A DNA stretch of 63,096 bases, filler included, from Reticulomyxa filosa (Eukaryota > Protista > Foraminifera), in the NCBI GenBank assembly GCA_000512085.1. It is 17 parts of 17 records of this genome, joined end to end, with 100 filler letters (N's around TTAATTAATTAA, not from the genome) between each part and the next. Parts side by side here need not be neighbours in the genome. Positions count along the whole stretch, not along the records: positions 49,172 to 51,661 come from ASPP01006440.1; positions 51,762 to 52,900 come from ASPP01018653.1; positions 53,001 to 58,798 come from ASPP01004948.1; positions 58,899 to 63,096 come from ASPP01001914.1; 13 more parts are not named here. The stretch is one strand, 5' to 3'. Under the pieces are notes generated by a model. It did not search any database. It was given only the letters and a program-made list of their open reading frames with translations, and was not told where the DNA came from. Positions 49,678 through 62,689 of this stretch are shown in pieces. The position numbers and the translations under genes are program-made. Every line of letters starts with the position of its first letter. Position 1 is the first letter of the stretch.

Positions 49678-51597
49678 ATGAGTGTAAATCCGTCAAATGA
49701 TATAGGCGAAGACAATTTAGACAAGCCAGAAGCAGAAACACAACAAGACGATACGCAAATGTCATCAACAGACAAAGGTACTAGCAATAAGTACATCTAG
49801 GGCAAACCTACAAAATAGAAAGCTAAAAGGAGAGAGACAAAGGGTAGGGTAAGAAAAAATATCAGTTTTTTTAAGATGGAGGGGACAATGTGCTGAAAGT
49901 ATGTACATTTTAACATCTTTGTTGAGCGGCAACCAAAAAAAAAAAAATGTAATGGGTACATGATATACTCTATATCGTGCATTTTCAAGACAAAGACGTG
50001 TTGAATAGTAAATTGGAGGGACGACCATCAGTAAAAGATTTGGAAGATGCAAGTTGAGTGTGGAGTGTGTACGGTATAAGCACATATATGTATACATACA
50101 CACGTATATTTGTAAACGCAAAAAAAAAAAAAAAAAAACGTAAGAAGTACAGAATAAAACATCACACTGTGTCAAAACTGTTTTGTGACGATAAAATATG
50201 GTGGGACAAAAAGGGATATTGAAATCGTCAAGACAAGTTGCAACAGAGCAATTGTACAAATCGCAGATCAAAGACACAATGAAATATGGGTTGCAGTCTC
50301 GTCCCGATGCTTCGGTGCTGGAAGAAACGAGTGAGTACTTTATGTTGGAACAAAGTTCATTTAAACTGTTACAAAGAAGGATAAAACAACAAAAATGTAG
50401 GAATATTAAAGTCGTCGCAACAAGTAGTGAAAGATCAATTGCAGAAATCATTTGTAAAGGATTCATTGAAACACGAAATGGAACAACGAAAAGAGATGGA
50501 TGAATTGGTGTTGAGTAGGGTGTTGCATTCGAATGAAGAGCATATCCCTTCTGTCAATGATCCCCAGAGTAGTAGTACGGATGTATGTAACATAGTATGT
50601 GTTTGACGTGATTACACACAAAAACACGACACATAAATTGCATTGGCAAATGACAAGGACTTACTCTTTGTCCCAACTACTTGTGTGCATGCATGTATAT
50701 ATGTGGACGTTGAGTGAGTGCAGACAAATGGGAAAATAAAAAATAAATTGAACGCCAAACTAAGCCAACGAATGAACCCAAAAGAATTGATAGATAGAGG
50801 CATTGTCCCATATTCCGACTATTGGAACGATCCAGTTATAACATTATATACATATAAATATATGTATATGTATATGCATATATTTTTCCGTTTGTTTGTG
50901 TTGCACGAAAAAACCAATATTCAAAAAAAAAAAAAGGTTATTTTGTATATGTGTGCAATGGGTATAGGAGAATGCATGGAAGAAAAGACAAGAAGAAAGG
51001 AGGAAAACAGAACATGAGTTGAAAGAGTTTTTGTTGAAGCGAGTAAAGATACAAGAGATAAGTCATGTTGGCATTGAAGATGAGATAAAGAAAAGTGGCA
51101 ACCGCAACACTACCAACGAGCAAAGGGAAAGGGACGAGACTGATAATGAGGATGAGGATGAAAAGGGGAGTGATGATGATGATGATGATGATGATGATGA
51201 GAATGGAAGCAATGATGAGAGTGAGGAGAAGAAGAACGATAAGGATGAAGATGACTCTTCTTGTACGTCTTCTTCGGACCGGATGAACGAAACGAAAGAA
51301 GCGGTCGATCAATTGAAAGACATAGAACCTCGTCCTTATTTGGCAAACCAGTCAAGGAATGGCTCGCATAGGCCTTCGCTGTATTTGGACGACAACAAAC
51401 GAAGACACTCCATCGCGGTGGAGGAAGTGCTCAAACGAAGACAAAGCTTCCACGAGCTGAAAGACATTGGTCTGGTTCAAAACCCTCATGTGGCCAGAAA
51501 GCTGCAAGCCACTGCCGCCGATTTGCAAAAGAGTCTTGAGCAACAAAAGTCAAAGAAGCAATTACTTGACTTGGGTCTCTTTCCAAGGTCATCTTTG
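49678..51597 (+). CDS. RPEL-repeat (G-actin-binding) protein; multi-exon, 5' exons uncertain, 3' truncated
   Basis: Repeats LQSRPDASVLEE, MEQRKEMDELV, LSQRMNPKELIDRGIV, LLKRVKIQEISHVGI and LKRRQSFHELKDIGLV. Intron 50330..50400 restores the frame. Poly-Asp tract. Confidence 0.7.
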
Positions 51598-51620
51598 GTA
51601 GGTTTTTTTTAATATGTCAT

Positions 51621-51661
<41 letters not shown>

Positions 51662-51887
51662 NNNNNNNNNNNNNNNNNNNNNNNNNNNNNNNNNNNNNNN
51701 NNNNNTTAATTAATTAANNNNNNNNNNNNNNNNNNNNNNNNNNNNNNNNNNNNNNNNNNNNAAAATTATACATAATTCTTTTGAAGAAGGGAGCACCTGA
51801 GTTTTTTCCCTCCTCCCTCTTTCTCTGCTTGTTTGTGTACGTAGTGTCCCCCCCCCTTCTCTCTCTTTTTTTTCCCTCCTCCTATCT

Positions 51888-52900
51888 GTGTTGAAGTGCA
51901 TGGTGATACATCGGATCAACAACACAACAACAAAAGATGGACAAGACAAAGGACAAACCATCCAGAACTTGCTGAAACGCCACTCGCAGGAAAAAACGAG
52001 ACCACATCTGCTGCTCTCCCCCAGCGAGAGCAATAGCAACGACAACAAAAAGGTGCTGTCACTGAACACGAAGCGCGGATCGGGGGAAATAAAACCGGAT
52101 GAAGAGCCCAAGATAAAAACGCTTTTGTCAAAACCACAAGGCGGTTTAGCAATTCAAATTGGTGACATCCATTCCATTACGACCACAACAGTTGCTGTTA
52201 CTACTACTACTACTACTACTACGTCATCGAAGACAGAGAATCCAACGGTGACCACGACAAATGATAACCATGGTTCCAATAATAATAACAATAATAATAA
52301 TAGTAATCACAATCATAACTCCAGTCATAGCCACAGACTGAGCAGCGGAAGACACATACTGAAAGTGTGGCGATCAAAGTCGGCGAATTTTTATTTGCAC
52401 AATTACTTGATCATTGATGACTTTTCTTTGCGCGGAAGAATGATTGACGGACATTTTCTACAAACGCAATCGAGTGTGGGAATGACCGAAGACGATATGA
52501 CTACGGTCATCCAATTCTTTAAAGCGATCCCTCCTCCTCCCCCGCAGTCTGTCCTGCGCCGCATGAAAAAACGAAGACAGCAGCAACAGCAACAGCAGCA
52601 ACACCAACACCAACACCAACAACATAAAATGGACGTACCCCATCAAACCCAAAGAAACAGCAAGTTGCTTGCTTCGACTACAACTCCTCTCAGTACCAAC
52701 ATCTCACCCATTAGTGAAGATGAAAAGCATATTGCTATCAAAGACAAACCCTCCATTATTCTGCAAGGCTCTTTCGATGAAAACATGGTGTCCAACGTTA
52801 CGCTGCAAACCAAACTCGTTGAACAGCTGCCAACACCGCCGTCCACGAAAACAAAGCATGAAAACGAACATGGAAAGAACAGTCCAAATGAAGATGAACA
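51888..52900 (+). CDS. Internal fragment of a low-complexity protein
   Basis: About 1 kb open frame with poly-Thr, -Asn, -Pro and -Gln tracts, cut by the spacer. Confidence 0.55.
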
Positions 52901-53024
52901 NNNNNNNNNNNNNNNNNNNNNNNNNNNNNNNNNNNNNNNNNNNNTTAATTAATTAANNNNNNNNNNNNNNNNNNNNNNNNNNNNNNNNNNNNNNNNNNNN
53001 ATATATATATATATATACATATCA

Positions 53025-53881
53025 TTGCATGTGTTACGAAAAAGTGATGAAATTAGTAATGGCCGGATAAGTGAAAAGGACGACGAGAAGAAAAAAAACA
53101 AAATGATGGAAGGAGAAAGACAGTTGTCACAAAGGAGATCAAGTATACAAAGTGATATAGCTAATAACGAAGAAGAAGAAGAAGAAGAGGAAGAAGAAAG
53201 GAAAAGAATGAAAGTGCCTCAAATAATGGACGTTCGAGAATCGACTCCAGCAAATTCTGGCATATACGACCAATCTCATCAAGAAAACGACATGGACCTG
53301 ATTGAAGCAATTACCAACAGCTGCCAAAAAGTCGCGTGTCTCGATCAAACAACAGCAATAGCAACAGCTGCTGTTGTTGGTGTGGCGGAAGCCGATGAAC
53401 ATGAAAATGATGAGGATGAAAAGATGCATGTCGTTACTATGTCCGTGCTGCCAAGAAATAAAAAAAAAAGTCGTGATGTTTCGTTCGATGTGAAGTCACA
53501 TCATAGCCAAAATCAACACCACAGTCGCAGTTGCAGTCGGAGTCATAGTCACAGTCGCAGTTCATAGCCTTAGTAATGATAGTCAAGACACTCAGGTGAT
53601 TGGCACTATTGACACTGCTGTCACACTGACGGACAACAGCAGTCAAAAAAAAAAAAAAAAACTGTAATAGCCATCCCAATGTGTTTGTAATGACTGCTGA
53701 ACATCTTGCCATGCTTCAGCGAGAATCGGAAAATATCTACATCACCGATAATGACGAGTCTCCAAATGTCAATACCAAATATACACTCCAATCTTATGAC
53801 GATGATCAAGATAATCTATCACGGATTTCTCCCTCGTTTTATAACTCTTTTGATACCGTCCTTTTCAAGGACACACTCTGA
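53025..53881 (+). CDS. 3' fragment of an acidic low-complexity protein
   Basis: Open frames 53025..53567 and 53681..53881, with poly-Glu and Ser/His/Arg repeats; exon structure unresolved. Confidence 0.4.
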
Positions 53882-54749
53882 TTTCAAACATTGTTCTTCG
53901 GATCTTTTTTTTCTCTATCCAAAAGATATTTTGAAGTGTTATTTGAATCTTGTCTTTTTTTTCTCCTTTCCATTTTTGAGTTGATGACGATTTTCTTGAC
54001 TTTTTTTCCGCTTTTGTGCAGACAACAATCACGTTTGTGTGCTGTGATTTTTTTTTTTTGCAATTTAACCTGGAGAAACAAGCCAAGGTGAAGTGAGGCA
54101 AATAGAAAATTCTTTTAGAACAAAATCTTTAAACGTACTTTTTCATTTACCCGTCATTTTATTTAAAAAATTATGCTTTTTCGAACATGTTCAAGAAATT
54201 TTTTAAATGAAAACGCCATTTTCAAAAATTTAATACATCCAAACAAATTACTAAATGTATATTAGATTATGCAAAAAACTGCAATATGCAATTATTCGAA
54301 ATGGAATGATAAGCTTTCAAAACAAAACTATTGACCAAAACAACATAATTGCCATTGCATTAAAAGAATTTTGAATTAAAAAATTATCTCAAAAATAGTC
54401 AAAATTTAAAAAACAATTTTTTTATTTTAGTGTTGCACTTTAGGCATGAGGTAATATACTTTATATTAAAGATCCAGCTAAATTATAACGAAGAAATTTG
54501 TTTTGATATTGCATTTTAAGTGCGAACTAGCGTGCGTATCAAAAAAAAGACTTGTGATATTTTGTAGTTTTGCTTTTAATTGGCTGAGTTTCAAAAAATT
54601 TTTGTTTTTGTAAAAAAAATTGTTAAGCGCAGATAATGATGAAAAATCTTGCAATATATAATATAGTGCTGTTATTCATTTCTGAATTTAAAAAAGACTT
54701 GAAAATAGAAGAAATGAAAGTTAAAAAAACGTTAATTCAAAAAGAGGGA

Positions 54750-56899
54750 TTAAGGTTTAAGTTTGTCATAACGAACAAATCGAAAATTTTGGACCATGTT
54801 GATATCAACTTTAGGTCCAAATAATTCGCGAATATCCTTACATTTGGTGGCGATCATACAAGGTCTTTCTAAGCCCAAACCCCAAGCAATGACTTGAACA
54901 TTAGGAGGAAGACCCATAGGTAACAACATTTCAGGACGAAAGACACCAGAATTACCAACTTCGATCCATTTTTGACGTTCTTCACTCCAGCCAAAAATTT
55001 CCATAGAAGGTTCAGTATAAGGATTATAAGCAGGTTTAAACGAGACTCGTTGAATGCCAATTTTCTGAAAAAATTGTGAAATGACACCAATTAAATGTCC
55101 TAAGGTTAAACCGTAATCAGCAATCAATCCCTCAACCTGATGAAATTCAGCTAAATGTGTAGCATCAATGGCCTCATTTCTAAAAACGCGATCGATAGAA
55201 AAGTACTTCATTGGTCGAAATTGTTTCTGTTGTGCTAATTGATATAGCATTCTACTACTAATGGCGGTGGTATGTGTACGAAGTAAAGGCTTTTCTGCCT
55301 CGGATTGTTTCCAGTCATATCTCCATCCAATAGAACCAAATCCTCCTTCTGAATGGGTTTTTTTTACTAAGTTCATATAGTCGGTTACTTCAATTGTGGA
55401 TGATGCTGGTTTCTTTAAAAAAAATGTATCGTGTGCATCACGAGCAGGGTGTTGTTGTGGTTGAAATAGAGAATCAAAATTCCAAAATGAACTTTCCACA
55501 AAATTATTTGTTGGCATTTCTTCAAAGCCCATTTCTAATAAGATTTTTCTCATCTCATTGCGCATTTTCATTAATGGATGTAATGCACCATTTGCCATAT
55601 TTATTCCTTTTGCGTCAAAGTTGTATGGTTTCAATGGCGGTCCATTCCATGTTCCCCTATTTTTTATTTTATTTAGTAGTTTTTAATTTTTGTATTTTAC
55701 ATTTTTATACAACGTGTATGTTTCTATACACACTCAACGATTTGAAATCTACATTTTCATTTATATCCTCGACGGTCAGTTCAGAAAGGGGTCTTACACG
55801 TTTCACTGAAAAATTCTTTCCTGCTTTTACGATGTAATATTTTACCTCTCTATTTATTTATTTACAATTGTTGTACTTTTCATTTCATTTTTACTTTGGT
55901 TTTTTTTTTTCAAATGTAACTTGTTTTGTAATAATTTTCTTTTTTTAAGTTCATGCAATTCTTTGGGATTTACACCATTTATTCCTTTTGCTTGAATTAA
56001 CATCAATTGTTCTTGCGTTTCATCGCTTACTTTGTCAATCTTTATTTATTTATTTATTTATTATACAAACAAAATAAGTGGGAGAAATACACGAACAAAA
56101 ATCAATACAAATAAACTGTTCGTTGAATGTTACCCTGAGCATCTCGACCCAACCATTTCTTTGTAAATGCTTTACCCAAACCAATTTTATAAATTTGAGG
56201 ATCTAATTTTGCCTATTTGTATTTGTGTATGTCGTCATTCAAATGATAATAACAAGAGATATGATAATAATAATAATAAATTATTATTATTATTATTATT
56301 ATTATTACTGTTATTATTATTGTCATTTATCATCATTATCATAACTTGCAATTGATCGACAGCAATAAATCCACTTTCTGGCACTTGTTGGTACACTTTT
56401 ACTTCAGGAGAACCTTCATTCACTACTTTTTGTCCTTCTTCTGTTAACAATACCACTGAATGGGTCTCTTGGGTATGTTCCACATATCCATCTGCTTCTA
56501 ATGAATTTATTGCGCCATACACGTCCTATATAAATGTATATAATTGTTTTTATGTATGTATAATTTTTTTTTTTTTTTTGGTATGTTTCTTTCATTTCTT
56601 TTTTACTCATTTACATTTGGATGGATTTTGAAATTGCTTGATATTTCTCTGGAATCAATACTCTTCTTTTCTTGAATTTCGTTCAATATTATTTGTTCTA
56701 TGTCAATATGTTCTTCATCACTTTTTTTCTCTTCTTTCGATTTCGTTTTTGCTTGAGTTTTGTTGTCGCCGACTACGCGCGAAGAAAAGTTTGAACGTGC
56801 TTTCAAATAATCCAGTTGCGTTTGCAAAGACCCAATCAAGGAATCAACCTCTTCTGCACGTCTTGAAAGAGTTTTTAAGTCCGGTATTGAATCAGACAT
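54750..56899 (-). CDS. FARSA: Cytosolic phenylalanyl-tRNA synthetase alpha subunit, six exons, with an N-terminal coiled-coil extension
   Basis: [91 protein letters not shown] and AWGLGLERP. Exons 56615..56899, 56346..56525, 56117..56212, 55921..56039, about 55739..55849, and 54750..about 55656. Confidence 0.97.
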
Positions 56900-57756
56900 G
56901 TTCAAAGCAAATCCAACTTTCAATCTTTTCCTTTTTTTAATATTTATTTTCAACCAACGCTTTTTTGCTGTGTACTGCACAGACTCACTATTGCGTCTTT
57001 TTTTCAACACGATGCATTTTTTCCTGAAATGGTGTTAAATACTTTTTTGTTTTTATTATGATAGCAATACAACTGGAACACTATGACGATAAATTTGTTA
57101 TTACCACTTGGTAATTTTTTGGTTTAAATTGAAGAAACTAGTTTTTGAACAAATCAGTTATTGTGTAAAATAAACACTTATAAAAGAAAATAAATAAATA
57201 AAAACGGATATTTTATTTATTATTACCGCCATAAAGTTTTATTTCAAAGAAATCTTCCTAAAACGGTGGTGTACTTTCCAGATTATGCATATTTTGTTTT
57301 ATTGGTTAGATGCCAATCTGAGAAATTCCAGTTTTTGATATGGTAAGCTTGGAGATGAACATTATTTTTGTAATGTCCCTTTCACCTTTCAAATCATCGA
57401 AATTTTATAAGCCATGGCAAAGTGAATTAAATGAACTTACATGGAGTTATTTGCAACACAAAATTTGTCAGTGCAATTTGGGCATAAATTTCCACATAAA
57501 AAAATAATAAAATAAAGAAAAATAAGAAAATATCGGATTTGCTTTTGTGTAACAGTTTGTAATTTCGTTTTTGTTTGCTTTCCCCTCTCTTCTCATTTCT
57601 GTTTTGTTTAGACACTTAACCTTATAAAAATTGTGACTGTAAAGTGAGAACAGTATTCTTATGCCATACGATCAATAAATACAAAAAAATATTTTTGAGA
57701 ATCGCACCTTTTCAATCGTCTTATTTGTTTTATATGTCGTAGTTAGTTGAGTAGCT

Positions 57757-58798
57757 TCACAAAGACTGAACAGTGTCTGAGTAGAAATACTTTGGGTCGC
57801 GAAATCGATTTTCTTCCTACAATTATCATAAGAACGGATATGATAATGTTATTCTTTTTCCCCCCCCCCCCTCCCCCTCTCATCTTCCCTTCTCTCAAAA
57901 GACGAAAAAGATATAGATACGATTCTCTTTGACATACCATAGACACGTCAGTTTCATCAAAGATGAGACTAGACTTTTTTTTCAATTTAGCAACTGGCTG
58001 ATCTGCGTCTGTGTCGTTAATGTTGGTATTAGGATTTGAGTTGGTGCCTGTGTTGTTGGTATTTGTGTTAGTATTGTCTTTAAAATTGTGAGTATCGCCG
58101 TCTGACACTTGGCGATTTCCGCTGTTATCATTTTTGTTAGTATTTTCATTATTGCCATTGCTGATTGCATTGGAATTGACATCTGAAGGAAAACTAATAT
58201 TTCCACTAACAGCCTTTGCTGTCATATCCATATTCACTGGATGTACATTGGATAGTATTCCGTACGAGGGCGTAGCTATTGGAGGGGGATATGGGCCACT
58301 TGGCATCATTCCATACGGAGAAAAGCCAGGGACCCTTTTTTTTTTTTTTTTTTTTTTAAATTTGCATATTTAATTTCATATAAAATTTTCTTCCTCTTCC
58401 TCCCTTCTCCATTGCAAGTATAATACTACTTGCTATGGCTCATTCATTTTCAAAAATTGTTTAACTGCGGAAGGATTTGATGGTCCATACATCGGCGGTT
58501 GCATTGGATGGCCAGGAAACGGCCGTGGGATTGATGTTGGTCCCATGTGCATCCCTAATGGCATATTCAACCCCATTCCCATGTTCATGTGATGCATTCC
58601 GAGATTGATTCCACCCGGGACTGTCATTGGAATCGGTACGGGCGGAGGTATGGACAAGTTCACATTGGGTGGCGCTGTGATGACAGGTCCTCGAACAATA
58701 GATCCCATTGATTGCATCAAGTTTGTGTTCGAATTCGTCAATGATGAATTAGGTACCAAAAGATTTCTTTTATTGTCATTATTATTATTATTATTATT
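57757..58798 (-). CDS. ZNF207: ZNF207/BuGZ-like protein, C-terminal part
   Basis: Pro/Gly/Met-rich exons ending, after splicing, in SLIFDETDVSM|EENRFRDPKY, which matches the BuGZ GLEBS motif (LIHPDEDISLEERRAQLPKY, recalled). Confidence 0.7.
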
Positions 58799-59616
58799 NN
58801 NNNNNNNNNNNNNNNNNNNNNNNNNNNNNNNNNNNNNNNNNNTTAATTAATTAANNNNNNNNNNNNNNNNNNNNNNNNNNNNNNNNNNNNNNNNNNNNAT
58901 GTATTGCTCCTCCTCAAACTTGTGATTATAAACTTTGAAGTTTTTCATTGCATTATAAAGGGGTTGCTCTTTATTTTTTTTCTGAGCTCAACAATGGTTT
59001 TAAATTCGTGCGTTATGATTTTAATTAAAAACATTGAATATGCGTAAAGATACGTTCCCTTTATGAGTAAAATTTTTGAAATGAAAAAGTTTATATATTT
59101 TGCAAATATTTTAATACATGGAATTGATCCATCGAAAATGATAAAACAGATTAATTAGATTTAAGATATAATTTAGCAAATAAAGTTTGGTAATGTGATA
59201 CCTTTAGATGAGAAGATATACCATTATTCTTTAAAATTATTTATTACGTTCTCCACCAAATAAACACATTTTAGATTTTTGTGTTCATTGCAATGTAATT
59301 TTTATTACAACAACTTTTGTAGTATGATTTAGTATGAAATAATATGAAAAGGATAACAACAATTTTTATTTTTCATTATCGAAACTAATCAATTTTTATC
59401 GTTGTAAGAATTATTTTTGTTTAGAAGCATTGATTTTGATTTTTTGTGAGATTATCAAAATATAGAACAGCCAATAACTTTTTTGTTGAATCTCATGCAA
59501 TATGTTTTTTCCTTTATGAACTTAAGCAAAATAATTTTTAAACTGACTTGATTTGTTTTTGGAAAAAAGATAAAACAATACTAAACATCATACAACCTAA
59601 CCAAGTGGCGCTTTGG

Positions 59617-59739
59617 AAAAAAAAAAGCAAGTAAGACAAAATCAAAAAGAAAAGTTTAGTTGATGCGCCAGAATGTTCATGAAGGCGCCGCCTGATTTAA
59701 ATTTTTCTTTTTCGATTTTCCCTTACTTGCTTTTTTTTT
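59617..59739. repeat. Imperfect long inverted repeat (about 55-bp arms, about 14-nt loop), MITE-like
   Basis: AAAAAAAAAGCAAGTAAGACAAAATCAAAAAGAAAAGTTTA...GCGCC pairs with GGCGC...TAAATTTTTCTTTTTCGATTTTCCCTTACTTGCTTTTTTTTT. Confidence 0.8.
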
Positions 59740-60660
59740 AAATTGGAGTCTTTATATTTTTAAATGATTGTATAGTGCTTAATTGATAAATAATTTAGTA
59801 AGTATGCATCATTTTGAGTTATACATTGAAGAATAATTTACACTATTTTAATTATATTTATCAACTATCAGTGATATTATTGATTTACACGTGTTCATAG
59901 TGTAATCATTACAAGCAAATAATTAAAATTGCTATTTTTATTATTTTTAACTAATTTCCCATCTTTAACAAAACTATAGCATTTTCCTTCCTTCTTTTTC
60001 ATATCTTGCCCTTTTTCTGACTTTAACGTGACAATGAAATTGTATCCAATTGTAATGAATTGGACTGTATTTGAATTCAATATATTAATTTTATTTTTGA
60101 ATAGGTGATAAATAGCAAGTACTTTTTTTTTATCAATCGTTGCATACACTTCTCGGTAATTTCTTGAATGAATATCTGTGAAAGGATTGATTACAATTGT
60201 TTGATTTATTCATTTTTGTTAATACCCTAAACGCTTACATAGTTCATCTCCAATTTATCTTGTAATTCAATTACTTATGTTGTTAATGTCAAGTAGCATG
60301 ACTTTCCCTTTAAAAAAGGGGTGATGTGAAAAAAGCGAAAACCAGCAAATTCCAATGTTGAGTTAATATCCTTTTTTGAAAGATAAAAGTGTTATTGCTC
60401 GGTGGCAAATAAAATACAAATTACTTCTTTTCACAATATGAATAATAGCATCAAACTAACAAGCAAAAATGTATTTTGCAACTTTGCGCAACTCCAGCCC
60501 TGACGCAACAGCTCAACAGCACGTCTTTTATTAAAATTCTCAATCCTTTAGTAATTTTCAAAAAAATAACTAAAAAACAAATATTGAATTACATTTAGCT
60601 AAAAAAAAAAAGAAAAGAAAAATAAAGGATAAAATATTGAAATAATTAGGAATGATGTAA

Positions 60661-60808
60661 TAAAAAAACCAAAATGATATTTAAAAACTACACGATTTGT
60701 AGATATTTTTTAAAAAATTAGGTCTGAATGTTGTTTTTTCATGTAGAAAATCAATCATCTCTATAAGGTGCCGTTTTAGGTGTCAACTTTACTTTGCATT
60801 CTACTGTA
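60661..60808. mobile_element. Tc1/mariner-like terminal repeat copy inserted at a TA within a transposase relic
   Basis: The minus strand reads TA|CAGTAGAATGCAAAG... immediately after the transposase HTH relic stops. Confidence 0.75.
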
Positions 60809-61365
60809 CATCTAAATTTAGCTTTTTCTTCTTAGTTACTGATATCAAACTATTTCTCTTTAGAGTTCTTGTTACAGTTTCATAAGAAAATTTGATTTCA
60901 CAATAGTCATCTAACTCTTTCTTGACGTCTTTTGCAGTTTTGTACTTTCCGGAAACAATATATTTCAAAATTTTACGCTGAACTAGTAAATGAATCTTCT
61001 ATGATATGTCAGATCCAGCTTTTCTTTTTACAGTTACATTACACTTATATAACGACAGTCAAAATCGAATCGATGCTATACTTACATTAAATTTCTTTGC
61101 CACCAACCAGCATACCAATAGCAACTCCTTTCTTAAAAGCAATCAAATGTTTCACCATTTTAAATATCAAAATTTTAAAATGTCAATTAAAAATATCAAC
61201 AATAAAAAAAATTATCAGAAAAAAAAAATTTAATATTTAAAAACTACAAGATTAATATATGTTTTTAAAAAAAATTATGTTTAAATCTTTATTTTTCATT
61301 GAGAAAATAGATTTTCTTTATATAATGACATTTATGTATTGCAGTCTTTTTTGCAATCTACTGTA
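60809..61365 (-). mobile_element. Left end of a decayed Tc1-like element: terminal repeat plus transposase N-terminal HTH relic
   Basis: TA|CAGTAGATTGCAAAA terminus at 61363. ATG 61158 gives MVKHLIAFKKGVAIGMLVGG; after frameshifts, VAKKFNVSIASI..TVKRKAGS..KI..QRKILKYIVSGKYKTAKDV..FSYETVTRTLKRNSLISVTKKKKLNL. Confidence 0.8.
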
Positions 61366-61374
61366 TAAATCAAT

Positions 61375-62470
61375 GCAACTAATCTTTTCCCAATGTTTTC
61401 ACACATTGTTTCAAAAAACTATTGAACATCTTTTTTATTCAAATACCACAGTTGGATTGAATTTGTCTTATTCTAATCGTATTTGTATCTTCTATTTGTT
61501 TAGTTCATCTTCAATACTATTCTTTTTTGGAGATTCATAATCTTCCTTCCATCCACTTAATCTTTTCTTATCTGAAAATTGAGATTTTCCACATAATATT
61601 TTGATTGGACCATTTTTGAACTTTCTATTCAATTCTTGTCTTTGAAATGTCATCAAATAACGTAATATAAAACATGTTGTAGTTGTTGAAAAGTAATTAA
61701 AGTTTAACAGTATTTGATTTTTAGCTAAAGCGCCTTGTTCCCGATAATCTAGTGGATGAATGTAATTGGATTCTTGAAATAATATCCTTTCAACATCTTT
61801 CACTGCTTTCATCCATGATTTCTTATTCAATAACACATATGCTTGTAACAAGTAACAATGTCATCCAATAAAATAGAAGTAGGTTTAAATTTGGTGTCAT
61901 AATACAACTCATTTTCAAAAATATCCAATATTTTTTGATGATATCAGGAACCAAAAATTGGTGATTAGTTTGATCTTATTGTTTGTCGAACCATTGTTGA
62001 AAATAATGTTTTTGTAAATCAAATTTATTCCACATTCCCAAATAATTTAAAGTCATATTGTAAAATATAATATCTGGGTGAATATCTTTGCTTTGCACAA
62101 TTTCAATAATTTGAATGAGTGAATTGGTATATTTTAATTCTGAACATCTTTTAACAGCTGCAGAATAAATAATAATGTTTTGAGATGAACTCTCCTTGAG
62201 ATATTGAAGGACCTCTTTATCAGATTCCATGTTTCGAAATAACGATCGTTCATGTTGTGATTTAGGGGAAGACGTTGTTTTTAATAATGTACCCTGTTGT
62301 TCCTTTAGCTTTTTCTTGTATTGAGTCATTTGGTGTTGTTCGTTCAGTCTAATTTGACGTGTGTTGGGTTGATGAAGTCGTCTATTGAGAACGCAAGGAA
62401 CAAGATTCCAGCTTGGAAACTTGTTTATTGCTCTACGTGTAAGACTAATTCTTTTCATAGTTGTGATCAT
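61375..62470 (-). pseudogene. PPR protein with C-terminal Smr-like domain, disrupted
   Basis: PPR-like NIIIYSAAVKRC and DIHPDIIFYNMTLNYLG; Smr-like LNFNYFSTTTTCFILRYL..IKILCGKSQFS. In-frame stops and frameshifts. Confidence 0.65.
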
Positions 62471-62689
62471 GATCAATCCTTTTTTTATTATCAGTCTCAA
62501 AACTTGAACTTTGAGTTTTTGACCTCACTTTAATTGAGCCACTAATTACCAGAGAATTTATTATAGTGACATTTCTAGTGTGATATTAAATTTTGGCAAA
62601 TGTATAAAATAATGTAATAAATAAATGTTTTTGATATTTTTTTGAAAGAAATTAGCATTATCACAAGCTACTAACACCTTTCAACAAAA

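Noticed and set aside
57250-57500. Minus-strand CPNCTDKFC fragment suggesting a gene relic
   Set aside because: Short and full of stops, so no family can be assigned.
8255-58898. Recurring N-flanked TTAATTAATTAA palindrome as a biological repeat, CRISPR or recombination site
   Set aside because: It is the same 100-nt construct each time, with six-frame stops: an assembly concatenation linker. It also invalidates any gene-cluster argument across it.
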